Virus record (IMG/VR): IMGVR_UViG_3300003321_000095
Location: 7,233 to 71,232 of that record
Strand: one strand, 5' to 3'
Source: a virus
Length of the DNA: 64,000 nt
Numbering within the stretch: position 1 is the stretch's first letter; every line of letters begins with the position of its first letter. Under the pieces are notes generated by a model. That model was not told the DNA's origin. It made no database searches and saw nothing but the letters and a program-made list of their open reading frames with translations. A program made the translations under genes and the position numbers. Positions 17,501-27,729 of this stretch are shown here, in pieces.

Positions 17501-19310
17501 CCCTCAGTTCGTTAGCCCTCTCGATCTTGTCGGCGTAGACTGAATCATTGGTTACTTTTGTAATGAAATCATTCAATCTACTGACAGAACCAGCCGTGAA
17601 CAAGTTAGTACTTCTCAATTTACTCAAGATGCTTCCGACTTGTCTTGGTGTGAGGTTATACTCTTTGAGAGCGTCCTGTACTTTCTGTACTAATTCCTTT
17701 GTCCCCTCTTGCCCCTTTCTGACCCCTTTGGTCATACCCCTATAGAACGTTTGTACTTGGTGCTTGATCGCTTCACTAGGAGTCATTCGAACAGACTTCT
17801 CGGGCTTGGTAACCCCTGTTGTATTTTCAATCGTTGATTTAACGGCTGACTTTTTATTAGAGGTTTTCGCGGCAGGTGCTAGTTTCGCTGCTGCCTCACG
17901 AGCCTTCAGTAATTGTTCGTACTGACTAGACAAATCTGCTGTGGGATCAGCAGATGCTTGTTCAGCGAATACTTTAGATAGATTGCTGATCTCTTCGAGA
18001 GCCTTAGTGTACTCAGGGGAAGGTTGTTGTTCACTTTCTGATGTCTGTTTAGGTTCCGTGGACGTTTCGTTTTCTTGAACATTTTCTTTACCCTGTAAAG
18101 TATTGTTTTCCTCTTCTAATTTCTGTCTCTCCTCTGTTGATAGTGTCTCACCACCTTTTGCTTTGTTAAGGTTATCCTGTGCAAGCAATTCTTCATTCTC
18201 CGCAACCTTCTTGTCGATTAATTCACTAGACGACAACTCTGGTTGATTGTTAGTCAGATCGGTGACAATGTTCTGAGCGGTATTGTCGATAGCTTCTGAC
18301 AGAGGTGCGACCTCGGGAGATATTTGATCATCGACTACAGAAGAACTTTGATCAATAGACGTTACCTGCTTAGCCAATTCATGCAGTTCTTCTACCTTCT
18401 TCTCAATTTTTCCACTGTGTTCACTGGTCGATATTGTTGCACCGATTCCGGGTAATATCATGCCGACCACACCACCTACAGTAGCAGCCCTCGCTACGCC
18501 CCAGAAAGGATCTCTGTCTGGATCATAGGATGATTTGGCAATCTCGTTCGACAGATATGTTTGAACACCCTCCTGTAAACCTTCCTCAACAGCATTGGTG
18601 CCGGCGACCTTAGCAACATCTAGTACCTTGTTAAGTGTTGTACCACCAGTGATCTTATTCAGTTTACCGAACATGTTTTGTATCGGTAACGCTTCTGTCT
18701 GACCAACCAAATAGTTCTTGACGAGCACTCCAAAAGCATCGTCGTCACTCAAGCCAGCAGCCTTCGCAGCTTCATACTCCGGTACAGCAGTCATTGCGCC
18801 ACCGAGCGCACCTGTCGGTGTGAGAAGGTTCTGTTCGATTGCACGCGCTGTTGTGGGTAATAGTCCAGAGTTAACAGTCTGGGTAGCAAGACCACTTCCT
18901 CTAGTTAACGCGCTCGCGCCACCAGTACCAAGCATCGCAAGACCAGTACCTAAACCTTGAGCCACTTGTCCACCAAAACTATTCTGTGTTTCTTGGTCGA
19001 CGTAGGGCTGATAGAACTCAGCAACATCTGCTCCCCATTTAGAAGCGGGCGAGGTGTACTGCCCCTTTGTAATACCTAACGGACGATAAACATAATTATT
19101 CATCATCTCATCAATAGCGCCGAGTGCCTTAAGAGGGAGTGAAGTATAATTACTAACCAATCCACTCGCCGTTAGTTCGGCGTAATCGAGGGGTGAAGAT
19201 GTCTCTCCGATTTCTTTAGCGTTAACGGGTGGTTCCCACACCTTCGCATTGGAGGGAGGAGTCCATTCTTTGGCATCGGCCGGTGGCGTCCATATCTCGT
19301 CTTCCTCCAT
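14592..19310 (-). CDS. large internal virion (ejected cargo) protein
   Basis: 1572 aa; Gly/Ala-rich membrane-like N-terminal part and long helical regions; located after the tail genes as in podovirus ejection modules; no RNAP catalytic motif recognised. Confidence 0.65.
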   Translation of the reverse strand: MEEDEIWTPPADAKEWTPPSNAKVWEPPVNAKEIGETSSPLDYAELTASGLVSNYTSLPLKALGAIDEMMNNYVYRPLGITKGQYTSPASKWGADVAEFYQPYVDQETQNSFGGQVAQGLGTGLAMLGTGGASALTRGSGLATQTVNSGLLPTTARAIEQNLLTPTGALGGAMTAVPEYEAAKAAGLSDDDAFGVLVKNYLVGQTEALPIQNMFGKLNKITGGTTLNKVLDVAKVAGTNAVEEGLQEGVQTYLSNEIAKSSYDPDRDPFWGVARAATVGGVVGMILPGIGATISTSEHSGKIEKKVEELHELAKQVTSIDQSSSVVDDQISPEVAPLSEAIDNTAQNIVTDLTNNQPELSSSELIDKKVAENEELLAQDNLNKAKGGETLSTEERQKLEEENNTLQGKENVQENETSTEPKQTSESEQQPSPEYTKALEEISNLSKVFAEQASADPTADLSSQYEQLLKAREAAAKLAPAAKTSNKKSAVKSTIENTTGVTKPEKSVRMTPSEAIKHQVQTFYRGMTKGVRKGQEGTKELVQKVQDALKEYNLTPRQVGSILSKLRSTNLFTAGSVSRLNDFITKVTNDSVYADKIERANELRGRIKKRKGSEGLSWREKDALKSFSKVDPSQVDIDQYLKQAEGIAETFGDVKNRKTLNLSDISNYVSQQPNSAEVAERERAEKLAEDLGLSFEEAQILLTEETPAEKAAANKEKAEQIRTALQNTADQAKNTFEEGEIEGDGKYAKDDIEGLKNIDLSLLTNQQLKDFIKVVDRIHTNEDWGGVGRLTAISKAQQDFKELQKVSKDWKILNITDLGNNWASLPVALQAITGLPKNAALFQLYMGMKGVGDASVKAVTSEEQFVRGLDELRKKYKKAFQDDSIIRQGIYSELIRYNEDEDPTEALAQNKRVIEQSIENHRKVGEVKEADRINSLYEPFKNALTISDAERIMGQVDEGGKKVIDYAIDYYRPFADEIAAYNDRFFNKKTTKVNNYSGPRTWRKKGMGFESDMEEFGAINPDNAPSPFTSAANKPKQISSAKEFTGGERTDAVLDFNKHMNMTRGVKNAVFGIEGMLPMLQVRENLSRQEDMAKLFGAKEGDPDSIKKANDLYNKIFNKRDGSYFDFEDHVASRKVPDSTERNIAAILNPLRKIGYTLSLSGFSQIPKQLTVLSNIAINSGNAGNMFTSIGDLSRGSQESKDAFFKGESISLRGTQKSQLSLGELTGTTKADQIQKNVNDFVDKRFEGWLGLKPLVWADVSAAKVSYLTFYKDYLQQNGEKWEGFKKETEQKTDKVRQEARAYAKQRVDALQVVSNPAELGKRVKDQSAFAQVAKALLVPFGTFSTNTKIRMWGDIRSLVAGNSEQKKAAAKDLAGTVTEQVAFQTVSAALKIYVWSQIGQYIAGLFDLPEDKKRGEKDWENAINMWKANMVGDLLPIVLTDPGQKALVSTINDASDRLLNYKDPLYEYKGGPTSPVEQIADIMGPYGAGPEKLFKAASVLEEGLSGERRVGDKIKKLTPEQQRFTLLVAALYGLNINGKMPSDVVNAIDRERRLQKPGKRKYREPQINYINE

Positions 19311-20854
19311 TATTTCACATAGATTTTACCATCCGGACCTCTTAATGTATCACCGGGAGAAAGTGTCTCCCATTTAGAATTAAATTCTTCCGGACTAATT
19401 TTATTAGTCAATGATGGTGGAGTTGATGTGTTCTTAATACTATCGTTTTTTCTAAATTGATCGAAGTAGCCACTATCATTGAGTAATTTCAGAACTCCTT
19501 CTTTCGATTTCTCTTCTCGTTTATTATCAGTGACATAATCAACATAATAATTTCCACCGATTGTCTTTTTCTGAATTGTTATTTTGGTACCATCAGGAAG
19601 AGTAATAGGGTATTTATCAGGGGAGAATCTAGATAGATTATTAAGAGTATTTGTAACCTTATTCTTTTCGTCCTGCACTTTTGCTTCGATTGCAAGTTTT
19701 GTGGTTAATCGTTTACCTCTCTCCTTTAGAGTTCCTCCTTCGGGACCAAATACGGCGTCTTCGTTCAAACCGAAACCCTCATCGTGCAGGCCCAACGTTT
19801 CGATTGCTCCATACATTTTTTGAGAGTTACCGAAGCGTGGATTGAATTGTTGGAGACGTGCTGTAATATCTGCCGCATCCTGATTATTAATCTGTTCTGG
19901 TGCGGGTGTCTCACCTGTTTCTGCATCCGGTTGAAAAACCAGATAAGTATTACCTTTCGGATCGGTTTGAATCTCTTTAATGATTGCTCTGACAGGCTTA
20001 CCATCGCTAAGTTTAGCATTAATGGTTTCACCCGTCAAAGCATTGCTAACTCCGACCATTCTACCGTTTCTTTCTTCAACACTATGCTCATTGTCACCAA
20101 AATATCCATTCTTAAGTGATGCAATTCGCTTAACAAATGTTACTTCTCTGGATGCTGCGGCGGCTGCTTTATCGGCTGCCGCTTTAGTCTTATCTTGATG
20201 TTGCTGATAGAAATAGGGGTGTGTCTGCCAAGTTGTACCTGCTCCTTCGAGTGCCCTGATATTGTTTTGAATATAAGGACTATCTACGTCTGGACGAGAT
20301 CTCAGTTTAGCGAGTGCTTGTTCCCTGATTTGCGTACGAGCACGCTCCGCTTCCGCTTGTGAATAGAATGGACCATCCATAATCTTAAATGCTTCCTGAA
20401 CTTCTGGAAGTAACGAGGTAGGTGTATAACTACCATCATCGTTTTGAATAGTCTGACCAGTCGCAACAAGCGGTCTCATCTGTTGCTGCTCTTTCAATTG
20501 GTTACCCAACTTATTAGCAACAGCCATGTTATTGGCTACTAATTTTTGATATGTTTTGAAAGGAAGACCACCACCCGGTTGACTATAATCAGGAGCAGTT
20601 ACATCGACGTTATTCTTCAACCACATAGATTTAGCGTAAGCCTGTAACTTACCCCAACTATCGTAGTAAGAATCGGTCAGACCTTCTACATCGGCGAGAG
20701 TACCCGGTGCTGCCGGTCCGCCCATAGGTGCAACCATCTCTTGTGGAGATTGTTGTGCGGGTTGTTGTTCGCCTTGAATATATCTATTGTCGGGCAGTTC
20801 TACATCGTAGCCGCTCGATTGTGATGGAAATCTATAGTAACCCTGTTGTGGCAT
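19310..20854 (-). CDS. internal virion/ejection protein
   Basis: 514 aa, Q/P-rich; in the cargo cluster. Confidence 0.55.
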   Translation of the reverse strand: MPQQGYYRFPSQSSGYDVELPDNRYIQGEQQPAQQSPQEMVAPMGGPAAPGTLADVEGLTDSYYDSWGKLQAYAKSMWLKNNVDVTAPDYSQPGGGLPFKTYQKLVANNMAVANKLGNQLKEQQQMRPLVATGQTIQNDDGSYTPTSLLPEVQEAFKIMDGPFYSQAEAERARTQIREQALAKLRSRPDVDSPYIQNNIRALEGAGTTWQTHPYFYQQHQDKTKAAADKAAAAASREVTFVKRIASLKNGYFGDNEHSVEERNGRMVGVSNALTGETINAKLSDGKPVRAIIKEIQTDPKGNTYLVFQPDAETGETPAPEQINNQDAADITARLQQFNPRFGNSQKMYGAIETLGLHDEGFGLNEDAVFGPEGGTLKERGKRLTTKLAIEAKVQDEKNKVTNTLNNLSRFSPDKYPITLPDGTKITIQKKTIGGNYYVDYVTDNKREEKSKEGVLKLLNDSGYFDQFRKNDSIKNTSTPPSLTNKISPEEFNSKWETLSPGDTLRGPDGKIYVK

Positions 20855-20857
20855 AAA

Positions 20858-21874
20858 TTAGTATTGACTATCCTCCCATGTTTTGTACATAGTGTTTGTC
20901 CCGTCCCAATGATTTTGAACATCGCCGTGAGCATCCGCTGCTATCTTAGCATTGTCTGTTCCGTACCCCTGCGCAATCATTCGATTGTAGATGTCGTTGT
21001 ACTTAGCGTTGGTTGCGAGGTTTCCAATAGCTCCTGGTAACTGCTGTGCCAACCCCGTCAAGGATGTTCTGAGATTGTATCTTCCCGTCTGTCCTAAACC
21101 AGCGCCCATTTGTTGATTGAGGTTGTATTGGTAAAGATCTTCGGGATAAAAACGACCCTGAGAAGCGTTAATCGCCTCCCCCTCCTGAACGTGTTGTCCC
21201 ACCAACGAATCGTATCTGCGTTGATTCTCACGGCGGACCTGATCACCCAGAGGGACCAGGTTCAGATTGGCCTGATTTCTTCGATTTACGGCACTCTGAG
21301 CGTAAGCCCCATAAGCACCCGCTTGCCCACCCGCAGCCGTTCTAGCGTTAGCCAAATCAGCCTGATAGGCATCATTGATCCCCTGTTGCGCTGGAAGCAA
21401 CGCCCTTGTGACATCGTTTCTATTGTTACCGGCATCAGCGAGAGCATTGGCCAACAACTGGTCTCTTTGGAGAACCGGTGGTCGGACTGGTCGACGGGCG
21501 TTTTGAGTGATCTGGTTACCCTTCTTGATTTGTTGGAGGGATGTCGCGATGTCTGTCCCCGCTAATGCCAGGTTAAGCCCCATTCTGACATTCTGAGATA
21601 TCTTACCTTGTTCTACCTTTTGAGCTAATCCAAGCACCTTCTCCTTGTTCTCAGGAGAAGTCAGCATCTTTCTTGTCTCGTTGAAGAGAGCATCATAATC
21701 AGCGTCTTCCAGAGGGGTACCCGCTTTTACCTTCTCGTTAATAGAGTCGAATACTTTGGGATCTGCTTCCGAGTGAGCAGACGTAAAGAAATCTCTATCG
21801 TCTTTAGAGATTTTGCGACCTGCCTTCATAGCAGATACTATTCGGAAATATTTAATCCAGTCCGCTTCGTTCAT
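20858..21874 (-). CDS. internal virion/ejection (pilot-like) protein
   Basis: 338 aa; A/Q/N/G-rich helical composition typical of DNA pilot proteins. Confidence 0.55.
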   Translation of the reverse strand: MNEADWIKYFRIVSAMKAGRKISKDDRDFFTSAHSEADPKVFDSINEKVKAGTPLEDADYDALFNETRKMLTSPENKEKVLGLAQKVEQGKISQNVRMGLNLALAGTDIATSLQQIKKGNQITQNARRPVRPPVLQRDQLLANALADAGNNRNDVTRALLPAQQGINDAYQADLANARTAAGGQAGAYGAYAQSAVNRRNQANLNLVPLGDQVRRENQRRYDSLVGQHVQEGEAINASQGRFYPEDLYQYNLNQQMGAGLGQTGRYNLRTSLTGLAQQLPGAIGNLATNAKYNDIYNRMIAQGYGTDNAKIAADAHGDVQNHWDGTNTMYKTWEDSQY

Positions 21875-22369
21875 CTAATATAGGTAATTTTGTGAGAGGC
21901 GACGCCTGTAATCGGCATTAGCCATTTGTATATCGTTGTAGCCCTGTGTAGCGGTGTTGAAGTTTTGCTGATAGGCTGAGGCTTGTGAGAGAGCGTCCGC
22001 TTTTTGTTGTTCTTGTCTGTGACGACGCCTATTACCCGCAAAAATCGTGCCACCTAATCCAACAAGGGCACCGATTCCTGCGCCGAGAGGACCGAACGCG
22101 GCTCCTGCGCCAGCACCTTGTAATGCTCCCCCAACGATTTCCCCTGCACCCGTGTGTTGAGGTTTGAAAGTTGCTGCGTTATTGTAGAACTGACCGGCGC
22201 CGTAAGAAGGTATCCCGTTGTCATTACCGGTATTATCGAGTGTACCGAGTCCAGCACCCTGGTGAGCCATTCCAGACCACTGACCGACAAGATTAGTTGC
22301 GCCAGCAACCGCTTGTGCGTAATTAGGTGCTTGTTCTTGAAACTGTTCTTTAAAATAAGGATTAATCAT
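21875..22369 (-). CDS. ejection protein with glycine-zipper TM
   Basis: GGALQGAGAGAAFGPLGAGIGALVGLGG glycine zipper followed by a basic coiled coil. Confidence 0.6.
   Translation of the reverse strand: MINPYFKEQFQEQAPNYAQAVAGATNLVGQWSGMAHQGAGLGTLDNTGNDNGIPSYGAGQFYNNAATFKPQHTGAGEIVGGALQGAGAGAAFGPLGAGIGALVGLGGTIFAGNRRRHRQEQQKADALSQASAYQQNFNTATQGYNDIQMANADYRRRLSQNYLY
22038..22052 (-). promoter_or_regulatory. putative internal sigma54 promoter (TGGCACGATTTTTGC)
   Basis: Perfect -24/-12 consensus on the sense strand, about 165 nt upstream of ATG 21874; lies inside a CDS, so it may be fortuitous. Confidence 0.45.
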
Positions 22370-22370
22370 A

Positions 22371-25300
22371 TTAGAATGGTGTTCGTGAAGATTTTCTATA
22401 TTTAGTGAGCACTGTTGTCAAGGTAGCTGTGTCAGTAGTACCTGTTTTCCAATTCACCGTCGTAAGCAACCTTGTTCCCCTGAGACGGGCGCTTCCGCTA
22501 TCTCTCGGTATCTTAATCCTGAAGTTACCCTCTACGTCACTGATATCGAGGGAAGCCGTAGATGTCTGACCATTTAATTGAACCAGGTAATCGACAGATC
22601 CTAATCTACCGGTAGACACGAAAGCCTGATCGTCGAATGTTTTAGCAAGTTCGGGGTCAGGGTTAACAACAAATGTTACACGGGGTGTTTTGGTAACTCC
22701 GAATATCTGATTGTAATTACCCGCATACATCTTGTGTAGTACCACTGATGATCCGTTCTTTGATACTATGTAAAGTGCGTCATCATACACACCGTCCCCC
22801 AACTTGTTACCACTTCCACTTGTCTCCAGATCTCCTATCCACAAATTTAGTTGTTCCGAGAAAACATAAGCAATCCCCTGATTATTGTCTACAAGCCAAT
22901 ACTCTTTTCTCGAAGAGTCGTAGAGAGCAAGTAAGTTATTGGACAAAGAGCGTGCGTTCGTTCTCATACCATTCTCTTCAAGCCATTTTAATTGTTGACC
23001 GCTCAAAGCGTAGATAGAGTCGTTGAGGGGATCGGGAATGAAGATAGTATTACCTGTTTCAATGATTGATTGGAGTTGTTGTCCACCTCTTTTTGAGTCG
23101 ATCACAAGAGGTCGACTAATCACATCACCCGCGCCAATCGCCAAGATATTAGCGTCTGTCAATTCGACAGAGGTTTTACCTGTGGGTAGGTAAACTATCC
23201 TGTTATTTTGAATAGCGTACAGGTTGTCCCCCTCCAATGCTAGTTTAGTGATTCCACCACCATTCTCTTCAAGGTCGTAGATGTTACCTACCCTGAAGAT
23301 ATCAAATCCCTGTGTGTCGCTACCATAAATCTTGACATCGCTGTACATCACACGAGCTTTGTAGTTACTCTGTTCGAAGTTAAAGGCTGGTCGAGCGAAG
23401 TAGACTCGTTGGTCATCTTGCTTGGAGATGTTGATGTTATAGAGGTAAGTCAAAGGTGAACGGATTGCACCAGCAGACACAAAGAACTTATTGTGATTCA
23501 TGATGGGAAAACCTCCTTCTGGATAGTCTACACCCCCTACACTTATACCCATTATGTTGTCTTCAGCCATTACTCCTCCGTTATACTCTGATTCGAGCAC
23601 ACACTGGACGAATTGAGAAGCTCCTTCAAGAGCGATGGGTAAAGATATAGCCGCACCACCCTGATTCAAATAATAACGACCATCCCAATTTGTTAACAAA
23701 TCGGACGATGATTCGGCAGAAGGTGGTGCGTAATTTTTAGCTTGATTGATTACCGAATACTGTGTATCTGAAACTTTAAATACGTGAGATGACAGAAAAC
23801 AATCCCCACCAAAAACAGTGATATCTACGTCGACCCTGTTACCTGCTTTTACGTCTACCAACTCACCACTCGTGAAGGTATATGAGGCACCCGTTGAGAT
23901 GAATTCGTGTGGTGTGTCTACGCTACCATATCTGTCATCACCATAATTATTGACAGCGTTGACGATTCTAAACGCTTGTGTGGGAAGAGTATTGCTGTAG
24001 TCTGGATATTCGTTTATAAACGCGTTAGAAATACTGTCGGACATTGGATATTTAGGACCACTTGATCCAACAATATAACCACCATCTGCTCTGACATTGT
24101 ATACACCTGCTGCAAAAGTAACAGAGGCAGTTCTATTTAATTCTTCGAACGCTTCCGAGGTCTCGATAACAACACCCTTCTGTACCTGTTGTTTATATCC
24201 CCAGTTCACACCCTGTCCATTCAACGAATCGTAATCAAAGAAACTGTTACCGTTAAATGTGATAGGTTCGGACAAGGACTCGACGAACTGGTAGTTTTTG
24301 ATTGTAGTGGGGGTAGTTGTAATGCTCTTCGCTGACCAACCACTATCGAAGAAATAGTTTGCATCTTTCAGGGCATACCACACACCACTCACTCTTGTCT
24401 TGATGTAATTACCAGTTATTGGATGAGAGGTATCGTCAAAATCTACAATACTGGTTTTATTCAGTGTATAGTCAATTGTTTCTAGTTTCTCCGATCCAGT
24501 AAACTTATACGGAGTATCCCCGTACATTGTTGATTGGGGATAAATCATCGAGAAAGAGAACTTGTTATCGTCATCAAGAGCCAACGCTGCTTCTCCCTTC
24601 TTACCCAAAGAAGCCCCCGACCCAGTCTGTGTTAGTTTACGTTGGATGTTTCTTAGTTCTGGCCAGAATAGATTCTTAGGAGTGTATGTTCTCAGTGATT
24701 TCTGAGGTTGTGCGTCTGGGTAAGATTTATCACCCTCCACACCATCGTCCTGCGTTACTGCGAGAGAAGGATAAGAGTCAAGAGCACCGATACCCTCGAT
24801 GTACATCATTGGTATTACGGGAGTCTGAAACAATATCCTCTTGATCCTTTTAGCGCGAACGATCTCAAACCCAACAGCCCAGGTTGGGTGATTGTGAATA
24901 TTCGAAAGAGTAATACCTAATGCTCTCAGTTGATCGGTGCTGCTGAATATAGTGTAAGCGTTCGATGTGCTTCGAGCAGGGAAATGTACGTCGGGTAGTG
25001 AGCCGGTTATCTGGTTACCAGTCAAACTGTTCAGATCAAGCACCGAGACTGGACCCTTGTTACCATACTTATCTTTGTAGACTATGCCGAAACGATATGT
25101 TTCGTCTCGGAAGTAACCCTTGAACTTCGAAGAGTAGTACCCATCACTGTAGATATCGTTCTGGGTAGATACCACTGTTGAGACTTCTATGTTACCACCA
25201 TCAACAGCGGGTGTACCATTGTCAAATTGAAGATCGTGGTATTTTATGTTACCCCTGAATAACCTGTTCTGTTTGACCGCTAGTGTCTTCGATGAGCGTA

Positions 25301-26264
25301 TCGCGGCTGGATCGATAACAATGTCCTGGATAGCGACTAAACCAACTCTATCGTTCGATTTGTGAACGTATTGAGTGTTGGCGCTTGTCAATGAGGTGAT
25401 TGGTAGCAGTGCCGCTGTTTGTACGGGATTGTCGACTCCATACACATTCTCTATAACAGCTAACTGAAAGTAATCGAAATGATCTACTTCATCAGGAGAT
25501 GGAGAAACTATGACCGTTAATGCAAAAGGAGACGGAAGACCTGGTGCGGAATAGACGGGTTTGTCATCATTTACTTTACTGTAAACGTGAAATGGTTGTG
25601 ACAGTGTCGACCACCTGGTGAAGCGTTTGTGTGTTGGATCGACGCAGCGATAAGCATATTGATACGTACCCGTCAAAAGAGTACCTGTATCAATCGATAA
25701 CAAAGATACTTTACCGTTCGCCCCCCATCTCTGTAGCGATATGTCGAAATCAGTTAGGAAGAAGGCTGCTGAACCGGTTGGTATTTCACACCTTAACTGT
25801 CTTCCTTCGTTATAGTTATCTTCGAAATAAACATAGTCTATACCGTTCTCAGGATAGACTCTTGTATCAACGACTGTGTCTGAAGAGAAATAGCCGCTCG
25901 GTAACGACTGATCTTTGAAGAGATAATACAGAACGTTATTATCGAGATCATAACAGTTGATATAGAGTGCGTCGTGACCACTCTCCTTAGCAACAATGAA
26001 AACAGTCAAACAGTTGACAGCTTCTACCGAACCAATCTTATATTTTGTTGGTACAATTCTTACATTACAATCTATAATTGTTGATATGGTTCCACTCAAC
26101 GAACCAATCTGTGAAGTACCCTTGATATTAGTCAATGCGAGATAATCACTACCGCTCGACAACGTTACGTTGTGTGCCGAGATGTAGTGTGTTGGATCTT
26201 TGATGGAGTTGTTTGTGTCACCATCGAGTCCCTGATGAAAGCGGTTAGCTACTATTTCTTGCAT
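22371..26264 (-). CDS. tail stabilisation / muzzle protein (crAss-like)
   Basis: 1297 aa; F.QGLD.D N-terminus; KGYFRDETYRFGIVYKDKYG, FGGDCF and RLRG motifs of crAss-like/P22 gp10-like nozzle proteins; follows the ring genes. Confidence 0.8.
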   Translation of the reverse strand: MQEIVANRFHQGLDGDTNNSIKDPTHYISAHNVTLSSGSDYLALTNIKGTSQIGSLSGTISTIIDCNVRIVPTKYKIGSVEAVNCLTVFIVAKESGHDALYINCYDLDNNVLYYLFKDQSLPSGYFSSDTVVDTRVYPENGIDYVYFEDNYNEGRQLRCEIPTGSAAFFLTDFDISLQRWGANGKVSLLSIDTGTLLTGTYQYAYRCVDPTHKRFTRWSTLSQPFHVYSKVNDDKPVYSAPGLPSPFALTVIVSPSPDEVDHFDYFQLAVIENVYGVDNPVQTAALLPITSLTSANTQYVHKSNDRVGLVAIQDIVIDPAAIRSSKTLAVKQNRLFRGNIKYHDLQFDNGTPAVDGGNIEVSTVVSTQNDIYSDGYYSSKFKGYFRDETYRFGIVYKDKYGNKGPVSVLDLNSLTGNQITGSLPDVHFPARSTSNAYTIFSSTDQLRALGITLSNIHNHPTWAVGFEIVRAKRIKRILFQTPVIPMMYIEGIGALDSYPSLAVTQDDGVEGDKSYPDAQPQKSLRTYTPKNLFWPELRNIQRKLTQTGSGASLGKKGEAALALDDDNKFSFSMIYPQSTMYGDTPYKFTGSEKLETIDYTLNKTSIVDFDDTSHPITGNYIKTRVSGVWYALKDANYFFDSGWSAKSITTTPTTIKNYQFVESLSEPITFNGNSFFDYDSLNGQGVNWGYKQQVQKGVVIETSEAFEELNRTASVTFAAGVYNVRADGGYIVGSSGPKYPMSDSISNAFINEYPDYSNTLPTQAFRIVNAVNNYGDDRYGSVDTPHEFISTGASYTFTSGELVDVKAGNRVDVDITVFGGDCFLSSHVFKVSDTQYSVINQAKNYAPPSAESSSDLLTNWDGRYYLNQGGAAISLPIALEGASQFVQCVLESEYNGGVMAEDNIMGISVGGVDYPEGGFPIMNHNKFFVSAGAIRSPLTYLYNINISKQDDQRVYFARPAFNFEQSNYKARVMYSDVKIYGSDTQGFDIFRVGNIYDLEENGGGITKLALEGDNLYAIQNNRIVYLPTGKTSVELTDANILAIGAGDVISRPLVIDSKRGGQQLQSIIETGNTIFIPDPLNDSIYALSGQQLKWLEENGMRTNARSLSNNLLALYDSSRKEYWLVDNNQGIAYVFSEQLNLWIGDLETSGSGNKLGDGVYDDALYIVSKNGSSVVLHKMYAGNYNQIFGVTKTPRVTFVVNPDPELAKTFDDQAFVSTGRLGSVDYLVQLNGQTSTASLDISDVEGNFRIKIPRDSGSARLRGTRLLTTVNWKTGTTDTATLTTVLTKYRKSSRTPF

Positions 26265-26320
26265 TTGCTGGTTTTAAATTAAGTGCCCAGACTTAATTTG
26301 ATAATATTAAGCCTATATCC

Positions 26321-27007
26321 TTAATATTGAGAAAATTGAAACGATGGAATATTTCTCATCCAAACACTATTGACTATTCTCTTCATGTGTTCTGGCGTGA
26401 GAGAAGCCATTTTCTTTTTAGCTTTTACTCGATCTGCCTCTAGCATCCACCATTGCCTATTCTGTTCTATCTCGGAACGGTTGTCGTTATTTCGGGCACT
26501 CCACATAAAACGACAGAAGTAAACACAGGCAAGAGCTTCTTCTTGTCGAATCAGCGGAAGACCTGTTTCATCATCAACAGGGTACGAATAATATCTAACT
26601 ACTATGGAGAATACCTGATCTGCGTTAGTGCCTAGATGAAAGGATGTAGTATCCATCGAAATGTCTACTGGAATCCGATCATTCAACGTTTGTTGAGAGG
26701 TGGTGGCCACTGGTCGAAGTCTATCGTCACGGTAAATTCTCTTACCCCCCGCTCTGAATTTATGTTGAAGTTGACAACCATTGCTATCAAACACATTAAC
26801 ATCGATAAGTGCACGAAAATCTTTTGGTTTGAGAACAGTATAATTAATAGGTATCAATTCTACCACACGAACATCATCGTCGGATATACCTAATTCAGGA
26901 AGAGCTAATGACGCCACCCATTGGCGGCACAACAGTTTAAACTTTGAGTCTGCGTCCTTCACTATTGTGGAGGCAGTTGCAACAACTTCATCGAGTGATA
27001 TAAACAT
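26321..27007 (-). CDS. tail ring/adaptor protein
   Basis: About 230 aa; FISLDEV N-terminus and Y.SYPVDDETGLPLI motif as in crAss-like ring proteins; synteny. Confidence 0.6.
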   Translation of the reverse strand: MFISLDEVVATASTIVKDADSKFKLLCRQWVASLALPELGISDDDVRVVELIPINYTVLKPKDFRALIDVNVFDSNGCQLQHKFRAGGKRIYRDDRLRPVATTSQQTLNDRIPVDISMDTTSFHLGTNADQVFSIVVRYYSYPVDDETGLPLIRQEEALACVYFCRFMWSARNNDNRSEIEQNRQWWMLEADRVKAKKKMASLTPEHMKRIVNSVWMRNIPSFQFSQY

Positions 27008-27729
27008 TATTGTTCAGGTTGAGTTGGTTGTTCTTGAGAAGGATTAGCGATTGCCCGATGATATAAGACATCTTTAGGATCAACACCATCGTTAGACTGA
27101 TCGCTGGATGTTCCATAAAGTTCCGACTTCAGCAAATCAACAACTCTCTCGATCATATAAGAAAGAGTCTTGTCGCTGATAACAATCTCGTCACTATCTG
27201 CCATCGCTATCACATCTTGTTTTGGAATGTAATAGACCATAATCTTGTTGAAGTCAAGATCGGATGGATTGAGGCCTTCTACGAAGATGTTATCACCTTG
27301 CCTCGACCAAAGCAGTAACTCGGGAGACGGCGCTGTATACTTCATCTTTCTGAATGTAGGCATCATCTGAAGAGAGGCCTTGTACACTTCATCCCCTTCA
27401 TCTGTTAGAACCTGGACAATTCCATTATCGTCGAACGTGTCGAGCACTTGCTCGGAAAGACCGAAATAACTTCTCTCTTCACTGTCGTCAATACACGCCA
27501 CTACTTCCGGTGAGAGTTGATTACATACTTGTCTGGATATGTAGATTGGTGGTATCTGATTACCCTTCTTTAGTTCATTGTCTATCTCACGAGCTTTCAA
27601 ATCGTTCAACATGATGTTAACGTGATAGGCAATCTGATCGTATTCTAACTCAGAGTCTTTCGAAGGAGCACCTTGGTTTAGTTGTAACTCAATATCACCG
27701 ATTAATTTTTCTTTAGTTATACGTGCCAT
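27007..27729 (-). CDS. tail ring/adaptor protein
   Basis: 240 aa; size and synteny of crAss-like ring proteins. Confidence 0.55.
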   Translation of the reverse strand: MARITKEKLIGDIELQLNQGAPSKDSELEYDQIAYHVNIMLNDLKAREIDNELKKGNQIPPIYISRQVCNQLSPEVVACIDDSEERSYFGLSEQVLDTFDDNGIVQVLTDEGDEVYKASLQMMPTFRKMKYTAPSPELLLWSRQGDNIFVEGLNPSDLDFNKIMVYYIPKQDVIAMADSDEIVISDKTLSYMIERVVDLLKSELYGTSSDQSNDGVDPKDVLYHRAIANPSQEQPTQPEQ

